From an uncultured Parabacteroides sp. (GTDB lineage Bacteria > Bacteroidota > Bacteroidia > Bacteroidales > Tannerellaceae), in assembly GCA_964610765.1 (NCBI GenBank), contig CAZSWS010000014.1, positions 1 through 46,977 of the forward strand: a stretch of 46,977 bases of DNA, read 5' to 3'. Below are positions 29,809 through 40,459 of the stretch, in pieces (the stretch's first letter is position 1; each line of letters opens with the position of its first letter). Position numbers and translations under genes: made by a program. The notes under the pieces were generated by a model. It was not told the DNA's origin, searched no databases, and was given only the letters and a program-made list of their open reading frames with translations.

Positions 29809-31320
29809 TTAATAGTTATTAGCCGTCATTTGTAATTTACCATAGTATTTCCACAGAGATTCACCCACCACAGGCAACGTCGTAGCCCTGGCTGCGGCTT
29901 CTTTTTCCAGCTCATAATGTCGCAAGGCAGCCGTAATAATAGCCACGGTTGGATCGCTACTCTGTTTTTTCTTTAGGTCTTCTTTATCAAATCGCGTATC
30001 AATAAAGGTCGTATCATAATCTCCCTTCTCAAAGGCTTCGTTTTTCAACACACGTTGATGGAAAGGAATGGTTGTTTTGATTCCCAACATCTTATACTCG
30101 CGTAAAGCCCGTCGCAAAGTGGCGATAGCCGATTCGCGCGTACGCCCCCAAGAGCATATTTTCGCAATCATGGAATCATAGTGCAACGAGACTTCAAACC
30201 CGGCATACACCGAACTATCAATCCGAATATTACGACCTTCCGGCACTTCTCTCACCATAATAATTCCGGGAGAAGGCATAAAATTGTTCACCGGGTCTTC
30301 CGCATAAATTCGGCATTCTATAGCACAACCATGTATTTTCACATCCTGTTGTTGATAGGGCAACCGATTTCCTCCGGCTACCAATATCATATCCCGAACA
30401 ATGTCTACTCCGGTACATAGCTCCGTAACCGGATGCTCAACCTGCAAACGTGTATTCATTTCCAAGAAATAGAAATTCCGATTTTTATCCACCATAAACT
30501 CCAATGTTCCGGCACTGTAGTAGCCTATTTTCTTAGCGGCATCCACAGCCATTTCTTGCATCTTTTTCCGAATATCCGGAGTCAAAAAAGGCGAAGGAGA
30601 TTCTTCTATTAGTTTCTGGTTACGTCGTTGGATGGAACATTCTCTTTCTCCCAAATGAACTACATTGCCATACCGGTCTCCTATTATTTGAACTTCAATG
30701 TGGTGAGGTTGTTCAATATATTTTTCGATATAAATGGCATCATTCCCAAACGCATGTCCTGCTTCTGATTTAGACAGTCGCATAGCCCCTTCCAATTCGT
30801 CCGGAGAATGAACCAATCGCATACCTTTGCCTCCACCACCGGCCAACGCTTTAAGCATGATCGGATAGCCTACTTCTTCAGCTACTTTACGCGCTTCTTC
30901 GATGGATTCAATCGGTGACTCAACGCCCGGGACAACGGGCAAGCCGACTTCTTTCATCATTTTTCTGGCTTGTGTCTTGATACCCATCTGCTCAATAATA
31001 TCTGCGCTAGGACCAATAAAGATGACCCCTTCTTTTTCGCACTGACGAGCAAAATCAGCATTTTCAGACAAAAAACCATAACCCGGATGGATAGCTGCTC
31101 CTGTTTTTTTGGCTATTTCTAAAATCCTATCCGGTTTCAAGTAAGAGGTATCGTCAGCAGAGTCAGATATACAATAAGCCTCTTCCGCATACCTCACATG
31201 AAGTGCTCCACGATCCACTTGGGTATAAATGGCTACCGTATCCAACTCCATCACTCTGCATGTGCGAAAAATACGCAGTGCTATTTCTCCTCGATTAGCT
31301 ACTAATACTTTCTTTATCAT
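29809..31320 (-). CDS. accC: Biotin carboxylase subunit (AccC-like) of acyl-CoA carboxylase.
   Basis: 503 aa. The N-terminal KKVLVANRGEIALRI, the ATP-grasp GGGGKGMR and the C-terminal region are canonical for biotin carboxylase. Confidence 0.9.
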   Translation of the reverse strand: MIKKVLVANRGEIALRIFRTCRVMELDTVAIYTQVDRGALHVRYAEEAYCISDSADDTSYLKPDRILEIAKKTGAAIHPGYGFLSENADFARQCEKEGVIFIGPSADIIEQMGIKTQARKMMKEVGLPVVPGVESPIESIEEARKVAEEVGYPIMLKALAGGGGKGMRLVHSPDELEGAMRLSKSEAGHAFGNDAIYIEKYIEQPHHIEVQIIGDRYGNVVHLGERECSIQRRNQKLIEESPSPFLTPDIRKKMQEMAVDAAKKIGYYSAGTLEFMVDKNRNFYFLEMNTRLQVEHPVTELCTGVDIVRDMILVAGGNRLPYQQQDVKIHGCAIECRIYAEDPVNNFMPSPGIIMVREVPEGRNIRIDSSVYAGFEVSLHYDSMIAKICSWGRTRESAIATLRRALREYKMLGIKTTIPFHQRVLKNEAFEKGDYDTTFIDTRFDKEDLKKKQSSDPTVAIITAALRHYELEKEAAARATTLPVVGESLWKYYGKLQMTANNY

Positions 31321-31331
31321 AATCTGAGTTT

Positions 31332-32882
31332 TTATAGGGGTAAGTTGGAATGTTTTCTTGGAGGATTGGATTGGCGTTTATTAGCCAACATCTCAAAACT
31401 ACGAATCAGGCGAATACGTGTCACAGAAGGATCTATCACTTCATCCAAATAGCCCAATTCTGCCGCTCTATATGGATTTGCAAATTTATCTCTATACGAT
31501 TCTTGCAATTCTGTCCGCTTAGATTCTGCATCTTTCGATTTCTCAATCTCTTTTTTAAATAAGATATTCACAGCTCCGTCAGCTCCCATCACCGCAATCT
31601 CGGCAGTAGGATAAGCCAGGTTTATATCTCCACGAATATGCTTAGAACTCATCACACAATAGGCACCACCATACGATTTGCGTACAACCACCGTCACTTT
31701 AGGAACTGTAGCTTCGCAGTAGGCAAACAACAGTTTTGCACCATTGCGAATGATACCTTCATATTCTTGGTCAACACCGGGTAAGAAGCCGGGAACATCG
31801 ACCAATGTCAGAATCGGAATATTAAATGCATCACAGAAACGTACAAAACGAGCCGCTTTGACCGAAGCATTAATATCCAGTGTACCGGCCAGCACAGCGG
31901 GCTGATTAGCTACGACCCCGATCGTTTTTCCATTTAATCGCATAAAGCCAATCACTATATTTAATGCAAATGCATCTTGCACTTCATAAAACCGATGTTC
32001 ATCAGCCACTTCCAAAATCAGATTCTTTATGTCATAAGGTTGATTCGGATTCGTGGGCACTAAGTTCGTTATACTTGTTGTCAGCCTTGTAGGCGAATCA
32101 AGTGTAGGAACAAACGGAGGTTCTTCCATATTATTCCCGGGCAGATAGGTTATCAGTTCCCGAATACGATTAATGCAGTCAATATCATTCTCGGCTGCAA
32201 AATGGGCTACACCTGACTTAGTCATGTGTACATTCGATCCCCCCAGCTCTTCTTTAGTCACCTCTTCTTGCGTAACGCTTTTTACGACATCCGGGCCTGT
32301 AATGAACATGTAGCTGCTAGGCTTGACCATAAATATAAAATCGGTCAATGCAGGAGAATAGACAGCACCTCCGGCACAAGGTCCCATAATGGCACTGATT
32401 TGAGGAACTACGCCGGATGCCATCGAATTTCTTAAAAAGATATCCGCATATCCACCCAGCGAGCGCACACCTTCTTGTATACGAGCTCCGCCGGAGTCGT
32501 TCATTCCTATCACCGGAGCACCCATCTGCATAGCCATATCCATCACTTTACAGATTTTCTTAGCATATGTTTCAGACAATGAGCCTCCAAAAACAGTAAA
32601 ATCTTGTGCAAAAACAAAAACCAGGCGTTCGCCAATCATTCCATATCCGGTAACCACCCCATCACCAAGAATCTTTGATTTCTCCATGCCAAAATCGGTA
32701 GTCCGATGAGTCACTAATTTGTCTAACTCGACAAAAGAACCTTTTTCTAACAAAAGGTCTATTCGTTCACGTGCAGTTAGCTTTCCAGCTTGGTGCTGTT
32801 TTTCAATTCTAGCTGCTCCTCCTCCTTGTTCCGCTTCATTATTTAAGTCGGTTAATTTCTTTAGTAGGTCTTTCATGGGCAT
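31332..32882 (-). CDS. Acyl-CoA carboxylase carboxyltransferase subunit (propionyl-CoA carboxylase beta / methylmalonyl-CoA decarboxylase alpha-like).
   Basis: 516 aa. It has two crotonase-like carboxyltransferase halves. The motifs around [17 protein letters not shown] and SYGGAYCVM are typical. It is first in the operon with accC and the biotin carrier. Confidence 0.85.
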   Translation of the reverse strand: MPMKDLLKKLTDLNNEAEQGGGAARIEKQHQAGKLTARERIDLLLEKGSFVELDKLVTHRTTDFGMEKSKILGDGVVTGYGMIGERLVFVFAQDFTVFGGSLSETYAKKICKVMDMAMQMGAPVIGMNDSGGARIQEGVRSLGGYADIFLRNSMASGVVPQISAIMGPCAGGAVYSPALTDFIFMVKPSSYMFITGPDVVKSVTQEEVTKEELGGSNVHMTKSGVAHFAAENDIDCINRIRELITYLPGNNMEEPPFVPTLDSPTRLTTSITNLVPTNPNQPYDIKNLILEVADEHRFYEVQDAFALNIVIGFMRLNGKTIGVVANQPAVLAGTLDINASVKAARFVRFCDAFNIPILTLVDVPGFLPGVDQEYEGIIRNGAKLLFAYCEATVPKVTVVVRKSYGGAYCVMSSKHIRGDINLAYPTAEIAVMGADGAVNILFKKEIEKSKDAESKRTELQESYRDKFANPYRAAELGYLDEVIDPSVTRIRLIRSFEMLANKRQSNPPRKHSNLPL

Positions 32883-33053
32883 ATAATTTATTCATTAAAC
32901 TACTAGGTTTACAGCCCAATTTACTAAAAATCACGCTTAAAGCTCTCGCTTTCCTATCAATAAAAACAATGCAAACGACCCGACTCTATCAATAATTATG
33001 ATGAGCAAACCACCAAACCGCCTTCCCATGTATGATTGATAGATCCTATTTGA

Positions 33054-33086
33054 ATAAAAAAAGGTGCTCATAAATGAACACCTTTC
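33054..33086 (-). terminator. Rho-independent terminator after argS (minus strand).
   Basis: On the minus strand the sequence reads GGTGTTCA-TTTA-TGAGCACC, followed by a T8 run. The 8-bp stem has one mismatch. It lies 60-95 bp past the argS stop codon. Confidence 0.55.
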
Positions 33087-33147
33087 TATCTATTAGTTAA
33101 TAACCCACGCTATATTCTTACTGAGAATCAGCAGAAAAGCGAGAGAT

Positions 33148-34941
33148 TTACATTTTCATGGGCACTTCTACACCTAACAATGTCATGCCGGAACGAATAA
33201 TTTTCGCCACATTAGCAGACAAGACCAAACGGAACAAACGAATATCCGCATTCTCTTCACGCAAGATGAAGTGGTCGTGATAAAACTGATTGTACTCTTT
33301 GACCAGGTCATAAATATAGTTAGCAATTAAAGCCGGACTATAGCCGGCTCCCGCCTCTTTAACAATCGAAGCATAATCAGCAATCAACTGTATCAGACTT
33401 TCCTCTTTTTCACTTACAGACACCTGCAAGGGAAGCTCTTCAGGCAAAGTCAAGCCGGCTTCTTTAGCCTTTCTCAACACTGACTGTATACGAGCATGTG
33501 TATATTGAATAAACGATCCGGTATTACCATTAAAATCAATAGACTCTTTTGGATTGAACACCATGTTTTTCCTTGGGTCAACTTTAAGTATAAAATACTT
33601 CAATGACCCGAGTCCTATCATACGAACCGTACTTTCTGCCTCTTCAGGAGTCATTTCATCTAGCTTTCCGAGCTCGTTCGATATCTCACGAGCTGTGCTA
33701 ATCATCTCATCCATCAAGTCATCTGCATCAACCACAGTTCCTTCACGGCTTTTCATCTTTCCTTCCGGCAGTTCAACCATGCCGTATGAGAAATGAACCA
33801 ATCCTTTACCGAAAGCAAAGCCCAGTTTATCTAAAAGGATAGACAGCACTTGAAAGTGATAGTTTTGCTCATTGCCAACCACATAAACCATCTTATCAAT
33901 GGAGTAATCATCAAAGCGGATTTTTGCAGTTCCGATATCTTGCGTCATATAGACCGACGTGCCATCAGAACGCAAAAGGATTTTCTCGTCCAAACCTTCA
34001 GCTGTAAGGTCAGCCCAAACAGAGCCATCTTCACGACGATAAAACACGCCTTTGTCCAACCCTGCCAGCACTGCATCTTTACCCTCTAAGTAGGTTTGAG
34101 ATTCGTAATATATCTTATCAAAGTCAACACCCAGTCGCTTGTAGGTCTCGTCAAAACCTGCATACACCCAACTATTCATTTTTTCCCAAAGAGCCACGAC
34201 CTCTGTGTCTCCGGCTTCCCATTTACGCAGCATTTCGCGAGCCTCACCCATTAGTTCAGATTGAGCCTCAGCTTCTTCTTGGGTCAGATTCTTTTTTCGC
34301 AATGCCGCTAGTTCTTCCTTGTAGTGCTTATCAAACAACACATAATAGTCGCCGACTAAATGATCGCCTTTCTTACCGGATGACGCGGGAGTTTCTCCAT
34401 TTCCCCATTTCTGCCAGGCAAGCATAGACTTACAAATATGAATCCCACGGTCATTGACAATGTTTGTTTTAACCACATTCAACCCATTGGCTTTAAGAAT
34501 TTCCGCCAAGCTATATCCTAATAAGTTGTTGCGGATATGCCCTAAATGGAGGGGTTTGTTCGTGTTGGGAGAAGAATATTCAACCATTACAAGTGGCGAT
34601 TCAGCTGTTGCCTTTTGAATCCCATACTCCGGTTGTTTATGTATATCATTCAGCAATCCTACCCACCGGTCAGATGCGATTGTCAAGTTCAAGAAACCTT
34701 TGATGACATTAAAATCTGAGACAGCCGACTCGTTTTCTTTCAAAAACTCACCTATTTCACCGGCAGTTTGCTCCGGAGACTTACGCGATGCTCTTAAAAA
34801 TGGAAAGACCACCAAGGTAAGATGGCCTTTAAATTCTTTTTTTGTCTTTTGAAGCTGAGCCTGTTCTTCAGTGATATCCACATTATATAAGGTCTTGATT
34901 GCGGCAATGACTGACCGACTTATTTGCTGTTCGATGGGCAT
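33148..34941 (-). CDS. argS: Arginine--tRNA ligase.
   Basis: 597 aa. The class I HIGH motif is present as PNTNKPLHLGHIRNN. A C-terminal anticodon-binding DALR-like region is present. Confidence 0.9.
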   Translation of the reverse strand: MPIEQQISRSVIAAIKTLYNVDITEEQAQLQKTKKEFKGHLTLVVFPFLRASRKSPEQTAGEIGEFLKENESAVSDFNVIKGFLNLTIASDRWVGLLNDIHKQPEYGIQKATAESPLVMVEYSSPNTNKPLHLGHIRNNLLGYSLAEILKANGLNVVKTNIVNDRGIHICKSMLAWQKWGNGETPASSGKKGDHLVGDYYVLFDKHYKEELAALRKKNLTQEEAEAQSELMGEAREMLRKWEAGDTEVVALWEKMNSWVYAGFDETYKRLGVDFDKIYYESQTYLEGKDAVLAGLDKGVFYRREDGSVWADLTAEGLDEKILLRSDGTSVYMTQDIGTAKIRFDDYSIDKMVYVVGNEQNYHFQVLSILLDKLGFAFGKGLVHFSYGMVELPEGKMKSREGTVVDADDLMDEMISTAREISNELGKLDEMTPEEAESTVRMIGLGSLKYFILKVDPRKNMVFNPKESIDFNGNTGSFIQYTHARIQSVLRKAKEAGLTLPEELPLQVSVSEKEESLIQLIADYASIVKEAGAGYSPALIANYIYDLVKEYNQFYHDHFILREENADIRLFRLVLSANVAKIIRSGMTLLGVEVPMKM

Positions 34942-35232
34942 AATTCTTTTTTCTAAAATGATTCGTCCTAATTTAAAACTGTTTCAAACTATCAGCCACA
35001 AATTTACATGTTTATTTTTAAATCAGTTATACAATCGATAGAATACAAATAAACGCTCCAAGACCATACCGAAATCGGCACCCAACCGGCTCATCTTACC
35101 ATCAAATGCATCTCCGATTTATTTAACATCATAAAAAGCCAATATGAGTAAAAGATTAAAAAAGCAACCAAAAATCATCTCATTGTTAAATATTTTCATC
35201 AAATTGCAAAAGGCACATAAATTCTTGCACAA

Positions 35233-37029
35233 ATGATAAAACGCACACGCCTTCTAATAGTTCTAACTTGCTTGTTTTTTTCAACAAATATACTCTATAC
35301 AAGCCAAGAAACGCAGGGTGAGCCGGGAACACAGTCCGCTTTCACTCATCGAATTGATTCCCTTGTCACCCTTTCCAAGCATGTATCCGGTCTGGAACGA
35401 ATCAATATTTACACGACTTTGCATACTATTTTATATTCGTATAATGATGCGGAAGCACATATTCAGTTGATGCATCGTTTTTTAAATATTACTAAGACCG
35501 AAAAAGATGAATTCGGGATGGCAAATGCCTATATGTTTTTAGTAGATGCGCTATACAATTATGACTATCCTCTAAACACGCTTCAAAAAGAAGCATTAGA
35601 AGCATTAGACGTTATTCGATATCTTGATTTTAAAAACGCCGAAATCATCTATTTCAATATAGCTGACCACCTGTTAATGAGATATCTGGCTTCAAAAAAA
35701 TATGAAAAAACATTGGCTTTAGGCAAAAAAATATATAAAGAGGCCAAAGAAAAGGAGTGTAGCTATGGACTGGCAGTCGCTCTTAAAAGCATGGGAAACA
35801 GCTATGATGCCCTCAAGGGTTATGATAAAGCAATCGAAGTGCACAAAGAAGTTATATCAATCAAGGGCGACGAATATACTTCTCAGGCACAGATGGATTC
35901 CTATAATTTCCTGGTAGATGTTTTAATAAAAGAAGATAGACCTAATGAAGCACTTGAGATATGTCAAAAGTTTGAAGCATTTATCAAGGATGAATGCACC
36001 GACAAGCTTAACTTAGATGCAGTCACATTAGATCGGATGTGGTTCTATTGTCACCTTTCTTATGTCGAAGTATACACATATCTTGAACAATATGCTAAGG
36101 CCGAAAATTATCTTGCTCATGCCGACACTTGTTGGATGCGCCATTCAGCTATTGCCGCATTTAACTTGGAGGATAGCCAATATGAGCTATTGTTAGCACA
36201 AAAGAAATATGAAGAGGCTGAAAAAACTCTAAATCGAATGGAAAGCGAACTTGGAGATACAGATCGATTCTATAAAAAGATGCGCCTGCTATTTTATCGT
36301 GCAGATTTAAATTATGTGAGAGGAAAACATCAAGCTGCTGCCGATGAATATAGAAAATATGCCATCAAAAATGATTCCATCAATAAAGTAGAAATAGCCG
36401 ATGAGCTAAGTAGGCTGAGAACCGAATATGAGGTAGACAAACTGGAATTTCAAAAGGAACAGCAAGCCAATAATCATCGCATGGCTATTATGTGGTTTTT
36501 GATTATTTTCATCTTATTATCCTCAATCATTATCATCATCATAGTTGGCTTACAGAAGCTCCGAGTGAAAAACCGTTCGTTAATTTATCGCATTTACGAA
36601 CAAGACGAGCAAGAAAGAAGATATGAAAAAATGCAAAACCTATGGATGGAAAATACACTTATTGATGTTTCAGAAAATAAAAAAAGACCAGAAGATATTC
36701 ATTCAAGACTCAAGGAACTGATGAAAGACCCTGCCGTCTTCACCGACCCTTCTATCAACAGAAAAGACATTGCAGAAAGATTAGGTACAAACGAAAAATA
36801 TGTTTACGATACTATTAAAGAGTTTTATGGCACTAATATTTCGGACTATATAAACAAATTGCGACTTAACTACGCCCGGGCTCTGCTGGCAATTCCTAAT
36901 GATAGACGCACTGTTGATGCAATAGCTCTTGAGTCTGGCTTTAATAGCCGCAGCACCTTCTATCGCCTTTTTAAAGAGCATTACGGAATGACTCCTATTG
37001 AATTTCGTCGACTTATTGCAACTTCATAG
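35233..37029 (+). CDS. Membrane-anchored AraC-family transcriptional regulator with an N-terminal TPR-like sensor domain.
   Basis: 598 aa. The order is a signal peptide, about 400 aa of TPR-like repeats, a single TM helix (MWFLIIFILLSSIIIIIIVGL), then a C-terminal AraC HTH (LESGFNSRSTFYRLFKEHYGMTPIEFRR). Confidence 0.75.
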   Translation: MIKRTRLLIVLTCLFFSTNILYTSQETQGEPGTQSAFTHRIDSLVTLSKHVSGLERINIYTTLHTILYSYNDAEAHIQLMHRFLNITKTEKDEFGMANAYMFLVDALYNYDYPLNTLQKEALEALDVIRYLDFKNAEIIYFNIADHLLMRYLASKKYEKTLALGKKIYKEAKEKECSYGLAVALKSMGNSYDALKGYDKAIEVHKEVISIKGDEYTSQAQMDSYNFLVDVLIKEDRPNEALEICQKFEAFIKDECTDKLNLDAVTLDRMWFYCHLSYVEVYTYLEQYAKAENYLAHADTCWMRHSAIAAFNLEDSQYELLLAQKKYEEAEKTLNRMESELGDTDRFYKKMRLLFYRADLNYVRGKHQAAADEYRKYAIKNDSINKVEIADELSRLRTEYEVDKLEFQKEQQANNHRMAIMWFLIIFILLSSIIIIIIVGLQKLRVKNRSLIYRIYEQDEQERRYEKMQNLWMENTLIDVSENKKRPEDIHSRLKELMKDPAVFTDPSINRKDIAERLGTNEKYVYDTIKEFYGTNISDYINKLRLNYARALLAIPNDRRTVDAIALESGFNSRSTFYRLFKEHYGMTPIEFRRLIATS

Positions 37030-37687
37030 TGCTTCACATCCTCCACTTCACTCCTCCCTTTATCTATACAAAACAACTACTAGTATGGGGCATCGACTTT
37101 AATCTTTGCCCTAATCTGGTACTTTCCATAACCCTCCCTTAATCGCGGAATAATTCTCTTACTTTCTTCTCTTTTTATATACGCTACTTCCACTATCACG
37201 TATGAGTTTTCCGAGTGTTTTTTCAACTACAACCCACTGATTAGTATGTAACGAAACACCGTTCTCAGCACATCAAACATAAACCAAAAGGCATTCTTTC
37301 AAATATTGGACAAGTTATTACAAATGACGTACAAACTGTTACAGACATCGGATATCTAATTACAGATACAAGACATATTGTTCAAAATACCGCTATAATT
37401 TTGACATAAAACATCTCAGAAAGCACACTAAACAGCTATTTCAATACTAAAAACAGAAGTAACAATTAACCTATAACTATAAAAATGCAAAAGTCATGAA
37501 TACAAAAAACAAGAGAATCAGCCGACTTACTCACTCACCACCCAAGGATATGACCGAGTAGAAATATTTTTTCTGCAAAAAACAATTACTGAATGAACCT
37601 CTACTATAAAAGAGGCTTAAAAACTTCTCATCAGCTGCTTATAGCATAAACATCAATGCTGACATACATATTCAAATAGGACATAGC

Positions 37688-39058
37688 ATGATAATTGGAA
37701 AAACTAAAAAAGGATACATCTTACTACTCCTACTATTAGGGAGCTTTTCGCTTACCTATTCACAGACGGAAGAGAGTAAGCATATACTCACCTTGTTTGA
37801 CAGTCGATTCGTAGAGTTGGACTCATTGATTTTCAATCCTCAGAGAGGTTTATGGGATACAGAAGGAACCTCTCCAAAACCGGATGAAGTAGCCCAATCA
37901 ATAGATAGAGAGCTACTAGACTCCATCGTTAATAAACGAGTCCAGGCAGAAGTATCTTTATTAAAAGCAGAAACAGGTCTACAACTCACCGGACAAACCT
38001 ATTACCGACTGGATGAAGGGTATGGCCTGGACGAAGACGATGCACTCTCACGATATAAAGGGAAAATACAGGCGGAAGCCCGGTGGTATTTTTTGCAAAG
38101 CTCTCTCTATAAACGTAAAGGTCGAATCAACGAACTACAGTTAAAAGGTCAAATTGACCGCCTTGCATATGAAAAAGAAAACTTAGGTATTCTAATCGGA
38201 AAACAAAAAATGGCATTCCGATTAAAATATGATAGTCTCCTCTGTAGCGTATTACTTCACCGTATTCAAAACCTCAGTTTACTAAGCAATGCACAAAGCT
38301 ATCTTTTACTCAATGAACACATCAGTAGCGACGAGCTACTTACAATTCTGAATGAGAAAGCCGAAGCTGAACGCTTATTAGCAACTATCGATGGAATATA
38401 CGCACCCTCTTCCGACTTATCCACTCCAAAAGGAGTTGTCATACAAATAGACACATTAAGCCTGATAGATTATATCCGACAAACACATACAGATTTAAGT
38501 ACCGTTCAACTTCGTATGGACTTACTAGAACAGCAACAAAAAAATACCAGCTATTGGTCTAGCTTCAATATTGCTCCCTTTGTTCGCTATTCTTACTACA
38601 CTCGTCCACATATATCAAACTCATCGAATGTTGATGCAGGAATTGTTTTTTCATTACCAATTTCCTCTGAAACAAAACGAAAAAAAGGTGTTTTACGTGC
38701 AGAACAAGATTTACTTTCTATCGAGAAGGATCGTCTTTCTGAGCGGATTTTAGATGATGTACACCTAACCTTATTAGAAGTAGAAAGACTGAATCGCGCC
38801 TCTATAGGCGAGTACAACCGACTTGTCGAACTTAAGTCTTATCTGACTATGCGATCAGATGCATACAACAACCGCATAGGTGAATATAGCCGCCTAGCAC
38901 GCATCAAAGAGTACAATAGCTACCTCCTCTGTTGGGAGAAACTCGTCATGTTTCAATACCAAAGAGACTGCCTCGTAGCCAACCTACAAGCTTATTTGAC
39001 AGACATTCCCATTCTTAAGTTCTGCCATGAACAATCACTCTCTACTATCAATAAATAA
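37688..39058 (+). CDS. TolC-like outer-membrane efflux/factor protein.
   Basis: 456 aa. It has a signal peptide and long Leu/Gln/Glu/Arg-rich coiled-coil segments in two halves. A beta-strand-prone tail is typical of the OEP family. It is first in a co-directional six-gene locus. Confidence 0.5.
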   Translation: MIIGKTKKGYILLLLLLGSFSLTYSQTEESKHILTLFDSRFVELDSLIFNPQRGLWDTEGTSPKPDEVAQSIDRELLDSIVNKRVQAEVSLLKAETGLQLTGQTYYRLDEGYGLDEDDALSRYKGKIQAEARWYFLQSSLYKRKGRINELQLKGQIDRLAYEKENLGILIGKQKMAFRLKYDSLLCSVLLHRIQNLSLLSNAQSYLLLNEHISSDELLTILNEKAEAERLLATIDGIYAPSSDLSTPKGVVIQIDTLSLIDYIRQTHTDLSTVQLRMDLLEQQQKNTSYWSSFNIAPFVRYSYYTRPHISNSSNVDAGIVFSLPISSETKRKKGVLRAEQDLLSIEKDRLSERILDDVHLTLLEVERLNRASIGEYNRLVELKSYLTMRSDAYNNRIGEYSRLARIKEYNSYLLCWEKLVMFQYQRDCLVANLQAYLTDIPILKFCHEQSLSTINK

Positions 39059-39076
39059 CTCAAACCATAAAACAGG

Positions 39077-40459
39077 ATGAAAAACTTCGTTTACTATTCT
39101 CCGGAAGAAAAAGAAAACATAGAAGAGGTATTAAAAGAACGAAAGCGAAAAATAAATCGGCAGCAGATTATTTTTGGACTCATTTTAGGCGTCATCTTAT
39201 TCACCTTAGCATTATACCTTTTTCGCAATATATATTATACAGAGTACGATGGGTATGTACATGTAGACGTGAATCAAGTTCGCACCCCTGTTAATATGTT
39301 CTTAGATAGTGTTTTTGTAGAAGAAGGGGATGTCGTGATGCCCGGCGACACACTTTACTCCTACTATATGCTGGACATGTTTGTAGAGCAAAGCAACTTA
39401 AACAATGAGCCAGGCGTGGTCGTTATGGATCGAAACATGCAAATACGCTATGTAACATCACTTCAAAACATGAATGTGCTACGTGTTAGGATTGAAGAGC
39501 TTAAACGACAAATTGCTATTGAAAATCACAACATAAGCTTCGGTTTAAGTGATAATGCCCATAAGCTTGACCTTGAACGTGCCCTAAAAGAAGCAGAGGC
39601 ACAACTAAAAGCATTAGGACAAGAGGCTTGGATGTTGAGACAGATGAAAGACATAACAAGCAAAGGGGTGAATCGCTCCGGATATAACCCGGAAGAACCT
39701 ACTAGTATGCAGGTTTATAATGACTACCTGTCGTTCTCATCAAGAGATGCGATGGTTTATCGGCTTTCGATTGACTCTTCTATTGTAATCAAAGTATCTG
39801 CTCCAAACCGCATGGTGTTTTTTGAAAAGGAAACGATTTTATCTACTCAACACCTCAATTTAGATGCAAACAACCTACAAATATTAGCATACATACCTAT
39901 TGATAAGATGGATCGAATCACGAATAATTCTACGGCCTCTATTACCGTCAATAGAGATGTATCCTTCAAAGCACATGTATCTGTGTTAGGAACACGCACT
40001 GAAGCCATCCCTGAACACCTTCGAAGCTATTTTATGCGAAAAAATACGGCGATTATTGCCAACCTGGATATTGACCGCGGACAAGTAGTGCCTTTCTGGT
40101 CTGTAGCAGCCGGTGTACCTGTTAAAGTACGTGTTCGAAGTTTCGACTCGTGGGGCGATTATAAAGTAGGCGATTACCTGTGGTTTATAACGGGGAAAGG
40201 CTTTTATCAAAACTCGCTGGACGTATTTATCAAAAGACAGGAACTTCGTAAAGCCGGACATGAAAGAACCACCCCCGAAGAGTTAGAACGCTTAGTTCCG
40301 GGTTCTGATAATCCTTATATCCTGAAAACACCTTTGACAAACAGAACTGATTCTCTAAAAAAGGTTCAACCTAGTCCACTAGAAAAAGAAGTTGCCCCAA
40401 CAGAAACAAAAGATTCCTCAGATGTGAAAATTCATAACAATCAACAGAACAATGAATAA
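39077..40459 (+). CDS. HlyD-family periplasmic adaptor (membrane-fusion protein).
   Basis: 460 aa. An N-terminal cytoplasmic tail is followed by one TM helix. The lipoyl-like half-motif is GYVHVDVNQVRTPVNMFLDSVFVEEGDVVMPGDTLYSYYMLD. A long coiled-coil and a beta-barrel region follow. Confidence 0.6.
   Translation: MKNFVYYSPEEKENIEEVLKERKRKINRQQIIFGLILGVILFTLALYLFRNIYYTEYDGYVHVDVNQVRTPVNMFLDSVFVEEGDVVMPGDTLYSYYMLDMFVEQSNLNNEPGVVVMDRNMQIRYVTSLQNMNVLRVRIEELKRQIAIENHNISFGLSDNAHKLDLERALKEAEAQLKALGQEAWMLRQMKDITSKGVNRSGYNPEEPTSMQVYNDYLSFSSRDAMVYRLSIDSSIVIKVSAPNRMVFFEKETILSTQHLNLDANNLQILAYIPIDKMDRITNNSTASITVNRDVSFKAHVSVLGTRTEAIPEHLRSYFMRKNTAIIANLDIDRGQVVPFWSVAAGVPVKVRVRSFDSWGDYKVGDYLWFITGKGFYQNSLDVFIKRQELRKAGHERTTPEELERLVPGSDNPYILKTPLTNRTDSLKKVQPSPLEKEVAPTETKDSSDVKIHNNQQNNE

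Noticed and set aside
37496-37561. 21-codon ORF (MNTKNKRISRLTHSPPKDMTE) in the long leader upstream of the TolC/HlyD-like genes. It was considered as a possible exported-peptide precursor.
   Set aside because: It has no Gly-Gly leader and no Cys or other RiPP-like features. There is no ABC or peptidase exporter in the locus, and the adjacent GT2/CE4 genes point to polysaccharide rather than peptide export. It is most likely a chance ORF.
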